A stretch of DNA of 20,000 nt from the IMG/VR virus record IMGVR_UViG_3300010158_000053, positions 56,711 through 76,710 of that record. The stretch is one strand, 5' to 3'. Of the stretch, positions 1-7,297 are shown piece after piece. Every line of letters starts with the position of its first letter. Position 1 is the stretch's first letter. The position numbers were made by a program, and so were the translations under genes. The notes under the pieces were generated by a model. The model saw nothing but the letters and a program-made list of their open reading frames with translations. It was not told the DNA's origin and made no database searches. This DNA comes from an uncultured virus (IMG/VR IMGVR_UViG_3300010158_000053). Its lineage: Duplodnaviria; Heunggongvirae; Uroviricota; Caudoviricetes.

Positions 1-30
1 CTTAGGCATTTTCTAAATCCTTAATTTGTT

Positions 31-192
31 TCATTCTTCAACTCCAAAATGTTCTTTAATTCTACGGTTAATCTCTGTTAATACTTCTTCAGTAACATCT
101 TTAACCTCGCCTGTTAGAACACAATGTTCGTGTTCCCAAGTGCAGATTGTTTTACTTTTTCCATCTTGCTCAACCACAACCGATAGTTTCAT
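31..192 (-). CDS. Small hypothetical protein (53 aa, MKLSVVVEQDGK...IKEHFGVEE), not in the ORF track
   Basis: Translated by hand. Its ATG overlaps the stop of the upstream gene (TAATG). The C-terminus IKEHFGVEE resembles the neighbour's VKQHFGVQ. Confidence 0.7.
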   Translation of the reverse strand: MKLSVVVEQDGKSKTICTWEHEHCVLTGEVKDVTEEVLTEINRRIKEHFGVEE

Positions 193-431
193 TACTGTAC
201 TCCAAAATGTTGTTTCACTGCTTCTGCGAATCGTTCACTGGGTTTGTAGTTAAGATTGGCAGGATCACGCTGAGATAAACATACACGGGCACATTCCCTG
301 ACAATCAACTCGGCGAACTTTGCCAACTTATCTTTTTCTGTTACAACACCCGGACCATTTTGACCTTCAACTAAATTATTAGGCGGGTTGAATCCAGCCT
401 GTAGAGCAAGTTGTCGAATTCGTTCGTTCAT
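192..431 (-). CDS. Phage hypothetical protein (MNERIRQLA...KFAELIVRECA type)
   Basis: Overlap-coupled in the minus-strand operon; this N-terminal/KFAELIVREC pattern is common in aquatic phages. Confidence 0.8.
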   Translation of the reverse strand: MNERIRQLALQAGFNPPNNLVEGQNGPGVVTEKDKLAKFAELIVRECARVCLSQRDPANLNYKPSERFAEAVKQHFGVQ

Positions 432-688
432 AGTTCAATCTCACCAGATGCAACTAATTCATTTACGGCATCATTGAATTCACTTTCAATATCCCAATAT
501 GCTTCTGCACGTTCGATATCCTTCTTGCGTTTACGAACAGCAGTACCTTGTTGATAAACAAGCCAAACGTGTTCTTCACAATAACTACGACCTTCAACTG
601 TTGGCTTGCAACAGGCCGAGGCCATTTTAGTACTATTGCCAAGCCAAGTGCATTGGGTAATTTCAGTATCATTCATTTTCGGTATCAT
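428..688 (-). CDS. Hypothetical protein with a Cys/His metal-binding motif resembling the GcrA C-terminal domain
   Basis: CTWLG...C...GRSYCEEH pattern; operon packing. The GcrA similarity is by eye only. Confidence 0.6.
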   Translation of the reverse strand: MIPKMNDTEITQCTWLGNSTKMASACCKPTVEGRSYCEEHVWLVYQQGTAVRKRKKDIERAEAYWDIESEFNDAVNELVASGEIEL

Positions 689-977
689 CTTTCTTTAAAA
701 TTTTATTAAGTTCATCGATAGAATGAACATTGCCTGCACCCACGGAATCCATAAAGTCTTTAAGACTTATCAATTTATCACGTGACATACTGAGCATATT
801 GTTAGTACCACGCATTTCGCCTTCCACACCTGAAATGTATTCAAATACTAACAGTAGTACAAATACTGCCCACCAGCGAGTATCGTCCCAATGCAAATCT
901 AAGGTAGTCAATATCCAAAAGATAGTGGAAAGTACCACCAGTCTTTGCATTGTTCGACCAGTTAGTAAGTCCCACAT
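669..977 (-). CDS. Small membrane protein (two predicted hydrophobic segments)
   Basis: Hydrophobic stretches LVVLSTIFWILTTL and WWAVFVLLLVF; abuts the AAA gene. Confidence 0.75.
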   Translation of the reverse strand: MWDLLTGRTMQRLVVLSTIFWILTTLDLHWDDTRWWAVFVLLLVFEYISGVEGEMRGTNNMLSMSRDKLISLKDFMDSVGAGNVHSIDELNKILKKDDTENE

Positions 978-978
978 A

Positions 979-1851
979 TTAGCCTCGTTTCATACAAGTT
1001 GTACGGGCCATTGCCTGCCAATTGCTGGGAAAGCTCTTACGCAAATCTGCCAACTTAAGAACCATACGCAAACTAAGTTCACGCAATTTAGTTTGGTTAG
1101 TTACAATGAAATCAACCAGTTCATCACGCACAATGTCGATGTTATCAAAATCATATTTTTCCAACATACCATCGGAGATAATTTGTTTGATACGCAGGAT
1201 CTTTTCACGGGTAGTATCCATCTGCAAATCAATGTAGTGGCAACGTGACTCAAGTGCGTCCAAGTGGTCACGTAGTTTCTTGGAGCGAACGTGTTCAAAC
1301 TTAATGTTGGTAATGAAAATTGCCGCACCTTTAAACTCAAAGCGATCTGGAATACCTTCGCTACGCAAAATACGGCTGTCAGTATTCCAACTAATAAAGC
1401 GACGTGAACTAGAGTCCAATGCACCTTTCAAAATATTCAAACTAAGGTCTTCTTGCAAAATGCTGTCACAGTCATCAAACACGACCACGTTACCGTGTGC
1501 GCTGAATTCGTACAGTTTAGCATACAGACCAATTGCACTCATTGCACCTTTAACAACTTCGTACTTGGGTTTCTTTTCAGCCAACTTATTAAACAAGTCT
1601 GCTTTTTCCAGCACAGTTTCAACACCAAACGACTTACCAACGCCTGGAGGGCCACTAACAATCATAGCACGAACATTGCCTTCTTTCACGGCACGTGTCA
1701 TACTGTCCAAGATCTCAAACCGTTCACGCAGACGATCCATAATTTGTTCATCTGTTTCCTGTGCAACTTCTGCTTCACGAGCTTTGATAGCTTCTGTATC
1801 AAACTCGAGAATGTTAGAAACTGCTGACGGTTTAGTGTTTGCTTTTGCCAT
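979..1851 (-). CDS. AAA+/P-loop ATPase
   Basis: Walker A GPPGVGKS, Walker B VVVFDD, sensor-like FITN, ALESRC arginine-finger region; SD AGGAG upstream. Confidence 0.9.
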   Translation of the reverse strand: MAKANTKPSAVSNILEFDTEAIKAREAEVAQETDEQIMDRLRERFEILDSMTRAVKEGNVRAMIVSGPPGVGKSFGVETVLEKADLFNKLAEKKPKYEVVKGAMSAIGLYAKLYEFSAHGNVVVFDDCDSILQEDLSLNILKGALDSSSRRFISWNTDSRILRSEGIPDRFEFKGAAIFITNIKFEHVRSKKLRDHLDALESRCHYIDLQMDTTREKILRIKQIISDGMLEKYDFDNIDIVRDELVDFIVTNQTKLRELSLRMVLKLADLRKSFPSNWQAMARTTCMKRG

Positions 1852-1883
1852 TTAAAAACTCCTAAGTTGTTTAGTATGTGTGT

Positions 1884-1912
1884 ATTATAACAAGAAATAA
1901 AACTGTTGTCAA
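1884..1912 (-). promoter_or_regulatory. sigma70-type promoter TTGACA-N17-TATAAT
   Basis: Perfect consensus upstream of the 979..1851 ATPase. Confidence 0.9.
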
Positions 1913-2190
1913 CGGTTGACCTTATAATTTCCGCTCAAAAGAATCATTGAAATATCCGCTTCATTCTTGAGGTTGATCCAATATGGTCGTACAGTTTCAC
2001 CACGTGGTGGAGATCCAAAATTTGAACTCCACTGGCCTCGCTCTCGTTGCCATGAATATTGATGCCCGTAACGTTTTGTTAAAAACTGTTCAATTTCACC
2101 AGCACTTTTGCCCCAGGTAGTGAAACGTAAGGCGTGGGTAAAACCACTCTTGTATGCTGTGTATCTGCGATTAAGTTTAACAATTTTCAT
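1909..2190 (-). CDS. Hypothetical protein (93 aa), probably a leaderless transcript
   Basis: ATG lies 7 nt after a TATAAT box, with no SD. Confidence 0.75.
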   Translation of the reverse strand: MKIVKLNRRYTAYKSGFTHALRFTTWGKSAGEIEQFLTKRYGHQYSWQRERGQWSSNFGSPPRGETVRPYWINLKNEADISMILLSGNYKVNR

Positions 2191-2196
2191 AAGTGT

Positions 2197-2225
2197 ATTA
2201 TAACAAAAATTGCCTCTCCAGTCAA
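2197..2225 (-). promoter_or_regulatory. sigma70-type promoter TTGACT-N17-TATAAT
   Basis: Near consensus with 17-nt spacer. Confidence 0.85.
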
Positions 2226-2353
2226 GAGATATTTTAATCTACGCTCCGTCTGTTCCGGAGTGTCACCACTAAGAGTTGTACTATTACTTGCCCAAGGATT
2301 TACCGCGGTACCTTGCGACTCATACTGAGATTTGTGGGTTGCTCGCTGTTCTA

Positions 2354-3433
2354 TTAAAAAGCATCCATATAGTAGTGATGTTTTTCTTGCACCTTAACCA
2401 ATGTCAACGCTTCACCATCTTTGTTCATAAAGATGAATGTACCTTTTTGTGGATCAATCTTTTGCAGATCACTGGGCTTGAACTCAGCCTGTTCCCACTC
2501 GTAGTAATCATCCTCATCTGGGCTCACTGCTGGAGTGATCACTTTGAAAGTGATATCAACATCGGCCTGTAGTGGATTGCCTTTCCATTGTTTGTTATCA
2601 ATGTTGTCGTTCTCTACCAGCACACCTTTGACAGTCAGCGAAACATCGTACTTGTTACCACTGTCAAACTCTGGCTTGACGTTAAGCATACGCAGGGCCG
2701 CTTCTGGAGGCTCATTGTAGCGATTCATTTCTTCAACCAAGGCCTTCAACATATCAAAGTTGAATTGACTGAACAGACTTGTGATAGAACAGATGCGCTG
2801 AATGTGGCTCTTGTCATTCAAGTTATCTTCGCAGTATTCAATGATAAAGTCCTGTGTCAGACCTTTGTAGTCCAACATATAGAAGATGCGACCTGGACGA
2901 TTACGCATATGGCTATCAACACGCCATTTGTCGTTACAGGTAATAACAAACAATTTCTTGCTGGGGAATACGCCATCCAGCAGGGTCAGCATTGCTTCTT
3001 GATCATTGGTGTCATAGACTTTTTCAAACTCATCAAACAATACCATACAAGGTTGTTCGATGTTTTGAATAAGTTGATTGAACTTGTCACCAGTCCAAGG
3101 CTGATTGATAACAATGGTTGGAATACCTTGTGTAGCAGTTTGAATACTCAATGCCTTGGCCAGTAGGCTCTTACCAGAACCTTTCTCGCCAGTAAGCATC
3201 ACGCCAGTACTTGCACTACGGCTCATAAAAGTATTGATGATGCGGTCACAGTTACTATTCAAGTCGCCGTAACGCTTGCCTTTGATTTCAAAAGAATCAA
3301 TAGTTTCAAGGAACAAATTTCCCTGCATATCTGCTTTGATGGTATAGTTACCAGCAGGTAGTTGATCATGAAGATCCAACGCTTCTTTCGAAGATACTCG
3401 GAATGTATTACCGCTTTTTAGAAAATATGGCAT
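2354..3433 (-). CDS. AAA+ ATPase
   Basis: Walker A GEKGSGKS, Walker B VLFDEFEK, NRPGR arginine finger. Confidence 0.9.
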   Translation of the reverse strand: MPYFLKSGNTFRVSSKEALDLHDQLPAGNYTIKADMQGNLFLETIDSFEIKGKRYGDLNSNCDRIINTFMSRSASTGVMLTGEKGSGKSLLAKALSIQTATQGIPTIVINQPWTGDKFNQLIQNIEQPCMVLFDEFEKVYDTNDQEAMLTLLDGVFPSKKLFVITCNDKWRVDSHMRNRPGRIFYMLDYKGLTQDFIIEYCEDNLNDKSHIQRICSITSLFSQFNFDMLKALVEEMNRYNEPPEAALRMLNVKPEFDSGNKYDVSLTVKGVLVENDNIDNKQWKGNPLQADVDITFKVITPAVSPDEDDYYEWEQAEFKPSDLQKIDPQKGTFIFMNKDGEALTLVKVQEKHHYYMDAF

Positions 3434-3467
3434 CTGTGACTTTCTATGTGTGTTGTTGATATATAAA

Positions 3468-3496
3468 ATTATACGTTAAAAACAAGGGACTGTCTA
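3468..3496 (-). promoter_or_regulatory. sigma70-type promoter TAGACA-N17-TATAAT
   Basis: The -35 box lies in the loop region of the upstream terminator hairpin. Confidence 0.7.
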
Positions 3497-3505
3497 GTCC
3501 CTTGT
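3478..3505 (-). terminator. Rho-independent terminator after NAMPT
   Basis: ACAAGGGACT-AGAC-AGTCCCTTGT 10-bp stem followed by a T run. Confidence 0.85.
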
Positions 3506-3510
3506 ATAGT

Positions 3511-4905
3511 TTACTTCATACTATTTGCTCGAACTTCGTCAAAGGTAATTTCTTTGATCAGTCGACCATCACGGTAAACTTCTCCCAATGCTTCAGTCCA
3601 TACAGTGCCCCGATCTGTCCAACCTTTTGGTTGTTCAACACTGGTTTGGAATTCACCACCGCTGGTCCACAAAGTTACACGACCTTTCTTGGACGCTTTG
3701 ACCTTGTCAGTAACGGGGTCTTTGAACACATCAACCCATTCACCTTTAATCAGTGCCGCGCTACATTTCATCGCAAACTTTTGTGTATCACGATCCAATT
3801 GCTGTAGCAATGCACCACCCATACCAAAAGCAATGTTGTCTGCACTCCAGCCACCAAAGTCAACAATCTTTGTAAGAATACTGCGAATGCTCAACTGGTT
3901 GATACCGTCACCCCAAAGTACACGAACATTGTTCAGTACTTTGTAGCCTTTGGCGTTTGTGGTATATCCAAATGTTTCGCCTAGGATTTGAAACATCTTT
4001 GGCAGTACTTCAACAGGATCGCCACTGTCAGGACGAATAACGACAGTAGCACCGCTGTCAATTACCTGTTGTTTCAACTCAGTGCCCCACAAGCGGCAGG
4101 CTTGGTAAATGTCGTAACTGTCCGACACCACTGCCAACAATGCACCAGGCTTGCCAAATTGTTGAACCATATTGCTATAGGCTTTTACTTCGTCTGGACG
4201 ACCCCAACTTGTGACAGTGCTGTGCTCTGCGGCAGGGATACTAAATCCAGCGATTTCAGCGCCGTAATACTCACGAGCATACAAAATGCCAGTGATAGTA
4301 TCAGTGCCCATGAAGTTGACAAGGTGGGCGGCTCCGCCGATGCCAGCGGATTCCATGCTGCTAACGCCACGAGCACCAAAATCATGGAGCTTAAAACTAA
4401 TAGATGTAGGATCACCAGATTTCTCCAAATAGTCTGTAATAATGTTTTTGATGTACTTACTTTGCGTTGACACAGTAGTACCGTACCAAATAGCACGAAG
4501 CAAAGCAGTTTCCAACCAAGTAGTCAACCAGAAACATTTAGGATCGGTGTTTTCAATTGTCGCAAGTACGTTTGAGACTGGAACAACAGTGCCTTCGGGT
4601 ACCGCTCTGATAACAACTGGCAAATATCCGTTGTGAGCGGTAAGAATGTACTCCCATCCTTCCCTGTTAAAGGGCTCGCCGTGAGCGGTGAGGATTTCGT
4701 CAGCGATGTCGATGTCAGCCTGGGTAATTGGGCTGAGTAGGTATTCCTTGATAAAAGCCTGTAGTCCGAAGAATACAGTTCTATCATAACGGCCGCCTCG
4801 TGACTCAATGTACGAATATACATTGGTGGTTCCTAGTGGGTATTGTTTGAACATTGACACTTTATAACTGTCTGTGTTCAGGATAAGATTTTTAGATAAT
4901 TTCAT
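3511..4905 (-). CDS. nadV: Nicotinamide phosphoribosyltransferase (NAMPT)
   Basis: Motifs TDSYK, FFGLQ, LHDFGARG, SIPAAEHS, VSDSYD, IRPDSGDP, FGMGGALLQ, RDTQKFAMK, KASKKGR. Confidence 0.97.
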   Translation of the reverse strand: MKLSKNLILNTDSYKVSMFKQYPLGTTNVYSYIESRGGRYDRTVFFGLQAFIKEYLLSPITQADIDIADEILTAHGEPFNREGWEYILTAHNGYLPVVIRAVPEGTVVPVSNVLATIENTDPKCFWLTTWLETALLRAIWYGTTVSTQSKYIKNIITDYLEKSGDPTSISFKLHDFGARGVSSMESAGIGGAAHLVNFMGTDTITGILYAREYYGAEIAGFSIPAAEHSTVTSWGRPDEVKAYSNMVQQFGKPGALLAVVSDSYDIYQACRLWGTELKQQVIDSGATVVIRPDSGDPVEVLPKMFQILGETFGYTTNAKGYKVLNNVRVLWGDGINQLSIRSILTKIVDFGGWSADNIAFGMGGALLQQLDRDTQKFAMKCSAALIKGEWVDVFKDPVTDKVKASKKGRVTLWTSGGEFQTSVEQPKGWTDRGTVWTEALGEVYRDGRLIKEITFDEVRANSMK

Positions 4906-4946
4906 TTTAAAGTTCCTTTAAAGTTAAAAGCATTCGCGTCTATCGC

Positions 4947-5966
4947 TTATGCACCTACAAAATGCTGTAGGATTTCGTAATGGTCTTCAAAGCATTGATC
5001 CGACCGGACCTCTGCAATAGGCACCCATCTAGCCTTTTCTGCATCATCACTACCTTTGACTTTTGGAAGTTCGCCATCAGGTAGAACAATGTGGAAAGCG
5101 TGTGTAATTATACGACCTCGTGGACTACGGTCAATTGCATCAAATACTCTGCTACGAACAATACTACCTTTAAGTACTGGAGCAGGAACCTTGATCTGTG
5201 TTTCTTCACGTAGTTCACGCAACATAGCGGCCTCAACACTTTTGTCTGTATTAGCATTGACATAACCGCCAGGCAGTGCCCAAAGGCCGCGACCTGGTTC
5301 AGCACGGCGTTTGATCATTAGTACGTGACCACTGCAAATGACCACAGCGTCGGCAGTACTAAAGATTGGAGGATACTTCAATCCAGCATATTGCTTTTTG
5401 TGTTCAATAATGAATTCACGTTCACGGATCACTTGTTCGTACTCTGCGGTAAGTGAAAACGCCATTAAGAAATCAAAAGTACTCGGCGGTACAACATTCT
5501 TAATAAAGTTCATATTGACATCACGTTTGAAATACAACTCGCGAATGTCAGTAGCATCAAGTGGTTCAAGCAGTTCTACTTCTTCAAAACCCCATTGCGG
5601 GAACATATCTAAGTAAAACGAACTTGGATCTTTCTTGTGCCCAATAATACCAATGTTATCACCCGGTTTGGTATGTTTAGCAACCAATGCTTGAACACGA
5701 ACTGCCCACGCTTGGTCATTGTAAATTGTATCTGGATTGGGTTCAACTTGAACCTGCAAGTCAAGTCCACTAGTTGCGTACTTGATCATTACGCTACGTT
5801 CGTGAAAGGTAAAGGGATTCTTGTAAGTGCGTGGCTGATTAGCGCTGCCGCAAATAAAGATCAATTGTTTACATTTAGCAGTGGCTCTATGTGCCAGCAT
5901 CAAATGTGCTGTGTGAAACGGTTGAAAACGTCCGATTAGGACAAGGGTATCATATTGTTTAGACAT
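4947..5966 (-). CDS. nadM: Bifunctional NMN adenylyltransferase / Nudix ADP-ribose pyrophosphatase (NadM-Nudix)
   Basis: IGRFQPFHTAH (HxGH-like), KNPFT, and a Nudix box PGGYV...AMLRELREETQI; GSDDAEKARW. Confidence 0.95.
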   Translation of the reverse strand: MSKQYDTLVLIGRFQPFHTAHLMLAHRATAKCKQLIFICGSANQPRTYKNPFTFHERSVMIKYATSGLDLQVQVEPNPDTIYNDQAWAVRVQALVAKHTKPGDNIGIIGHKKDPSSFYLDMFPQWGFEEVELLEPLDATDIRELYFKRDVNMNFIKNVVPPSTFDFLMAFSLTAEYEQVIREREFIIEHKKQYAGLKYPPIFSTADAVVICSGHVLMIKRRAEPGRGLWALPGGYVNANTDKSVEAAMLRELREETQIKVPAPVLKGSIVRSRVFDAIDRSPRGRIITHAFHIVLPDGELPKVKGSDDAEKARWVPIAEVRSDQCFEDHYEILQHFVGA

Positions 5967-6021
5967 TCAAAAATCCTTTGAATAATGTCGCTCGGAGTCT
6001 ATCTCTTTGCTGTATGTATTT

Positions 6022-6050
6022 ATTATACAGGAGAAATTATCTCCTGTAAA
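6022..6050 (-). promoter_or_regulatory. sigma70-type promoter TTTACA-N17-TATAAT for the NAD operon, with palindromic spacer
   Basis: The spacer is part of the inverted repeat TACAGGAGA...TCTCCTGTA (operator or terminator-like). Confidence 0.8.
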
Positions 6051-6065
6051 GTGATTTGGTTATTT

Positions 6066-6200
6066 TTATACTACTATATCTTCGTAGTCTTCTTTACCTA
6101 CACCACACTCTGGGCAGGTAAAATCATCTGGAAGTGTATCCCAAACGCCTTCAGTTTCCTCATCGTGAATGTGACCACAGACAATGCAAACGTGTTCCAT
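6066..6200 (-). CDS. Rubredoxin (44 aa; MEHVCIVCGH...LPDDFTCPECGVGKEDY), not in the ORF track
   Basis: Two CxxC knuckles with the rubredoxin LPDDxxCPxCGxxK signature; TAATG coupling to rubrerythrin. Confidence 0.93.
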   Translation of the reverse strand: MEHVCIVCGHIHDEETEGVWDTLPDDFTCPECGVGKEDYEDIVV

Positions 6201-6649
6201 TATAGTTTCTCCAATACAGATTGATATGCGGCGGCGTGACGTTGCTCAACTTTTTGCAATGCTGCAAAGCGTTTTTCAGCTTTGGCCAATACAGCAGCAA
6301 ATTGTTCAGCGTGTTCTTTACTTTCTTCAATTTGGTGATTGGCTTCAAAAGCGGCTTTGGTATTGCCTTCAAGTTCTGCTGCACGTTTGAAGTCTGGATA
6401 CATTGTAGTAAACTCATATGTTTCACCTTCAATGGCTTTTTCCAAACATTCTCGAGTATTTGGTTTACCAATTAGTAATTCCAAATGACCCCAAGCGTGT
6501 AGCAACTCTTGGTCAGCAGTATGCTCAAAATGTCGTGCAACATCTTCGTAACCTTCTTCCCTTGCAATCTTTGCAAAGTAACGATACTTGATGTGTGCTT
6601 GACTCTCACCCGCCAATGCGCTTTCAAGATTTTTAATTGTAATAGACAT
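6200..6649 (-). CDS. Rubrerythrin (ferritin-like diiron domain only)
   Basis: NLESALAGESQA, QELLHA, AIEGETYEFTTMYP and ESKEHA (ExxH) motifs. Confidence 0.93.
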   Translation of the reverse strand: MSITIKNLESALAGESQAHIKYRYFAKIAREEGYEDVARHFEHTADQELLHAWGHLELLIGKPNTRECLEKAIEGETYEFTTMYPDFKRAAELEGNTKAAFEANHQIEESKEHAEQFAAVLAKAEKRFAALQKVEQRHAAAYQSVLEKL

Positions 6650-6670
6650 ACAGTCTCCTTGTAAAATAAT

Positions 6671-6734
6671 ATTGTACTTTTATTTACTATAGGAATCAAC
6701 CTAAAAATAGCATTTTTCAATTGAAAATTCCTAT
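6671..6734 (-). promoter_or_regulatory. Promoter TTGATT-N17-TACAAT with upstream OxyR/LysR-like ATAG-N7-CTAT/CAAT boxes
   Basis: ATAG-N7-CAAT at 6707-6721 and ATTG-N7-CTAT at 6720-6734, next to the -35 of a peroxide-defence gene. Confidence 0.5.
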
Positions 6735-6748
6735 GACTTCTATAGTCA

Positions 6749-6773
6749 TAAAAATAGGCTCCGGAGAGCCTAC
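6749..6773 (-). terminator. Terminator at the 3' end of the tmRNA coding piece
   Basis: TAGGCTC-TCCG-GAGCCTA hairpin followed by TTTTT. Confidence 0.85.
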
Positions 6774-6774
6774 T

Positions 6775-6956
6775 TTGAGTTTCTGTTGCGAGGTATGTCT
6801 TACCCCAGGCTGCGTTTAGGCGGCCAATGCGTAAACTGAATCGTTTGCATTTATAGGTTTTGTGTCTTCGGCCGGGAAACCCCAACCCTAACGGCTTCTA
6901 CATTGCCGGACTGTCCATTTCATTACTCTTGACCCTGTCGAAACCATGGCAGGCCC
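6775..6956 (-). ncRNA. ssrA: Two-piece (permuted) tmRNA, coding piece; tag peptide ANDSVYALAA* at 6848..6816
   Basis: Starts GGGCCTG-CCATGGTTTCGACAGGG (tmRNA 5' end); resume context ATAAAT-GCA-AAC-GAT; tag ends in YALAA. Confidence 0.93.
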
Positions 6957-6969
6957 ATCATAAGAAAAC

Positions 6970-7167
6970 TTACTTTATAAAACGAGGAATACGAATTTCT
7001 GTACCAGCATATTGAAATGAATCTAACATTGGAACTAATGATTCAATATCACTAGCATTGTGTCGTTCCATCATCGTATGCTCACCATCTATCAACATAA
7101 AGTACAACTTGGTTGTACCTTCGTCAACTTGCGGCTTGAAAATATATTCTAAATCTTGTAAAATCAT
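6970..7167 (-). CDS. Hypothetical protein (65 aa) encoded in the tmRNA intervening segment
   Basis: SD TAAGGAAG immediately follows the acceptor-piece CCA; the ORF fills almost all of the 223-nt spacer. Confidence 0.7.
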   Translation of the reverse strand: MILQDLEYIFKPQVDEGTTKLYFMLIDGEHTMMERHNASDIESLVPMLDSFQYAGTEIRIPRFIK

Positions 7168-7179
7168 CAAACTTCCTTA

Positions 7180-7244
7180 TGGTGGACCTGGCGGGAGTCG
7201 AACCCGCGTCCAGAATCCTTTTCAATCGACTTCATACAGTCTTA
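7180..7244 (-). ncRNA. ssrA: Two-piece (permuted) tmRNA, acceptor piece
   Basis: Ends ...GGAC-GCGGG-TTCGACT-CCCGC-CAGGTCC-ACCA. CAGGTCC pairs with GGGCCTG of the coding piece and gives G3.U70; GACTGT/ACAGTC and GATTCTG/CAGGGTC give further inter-piece pairing. Confidence 0.92.
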
Positions 7245-7250
7245 ACTTAC

Positions 7251-7279
7251 AGTATATATTTATTTAATATCTATGTCAA
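7251..7279 (-). promoter_or_regulatory. sigma70-type promoter TTGACA-N17-TATACT for the tmRNA precursor
   Basis: Near consensus, immediately 5' of the acceptor piece. Confidence 0.88.
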
Positions 7280-7297
7280 TCAAATTGGTATCAAAAA

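Noticed and set aside
730..5939. Many plus-strand ORFs (e.g. 730..1248, 1280..1855, 2588..3166, 3988..4470, 5637..5939)
   Set aside because: Antisense shadows of well-supported minus-strand genes; no motifs or RBS.
4930..6010. Calling the NAD leaders known NAD+-I/NAD+-II riboswitches or NrtR DNA operators
   Set aside because: I could not match them to those consensus models by eye; they are reported only as an unassigned motif.
6472..6885. 137-aa minus-strand ORF
   Set aside because: Overlaps the tmRNA coding piece, a terminator and rubrerythrin out of frame.
6957..7179. tmRNA spacer as a group I intron or homing endonuclease
   Set aside because: The pieces are in permuted, not collinear, order; the spacer is too short and has no intron core or endonuclease motif.
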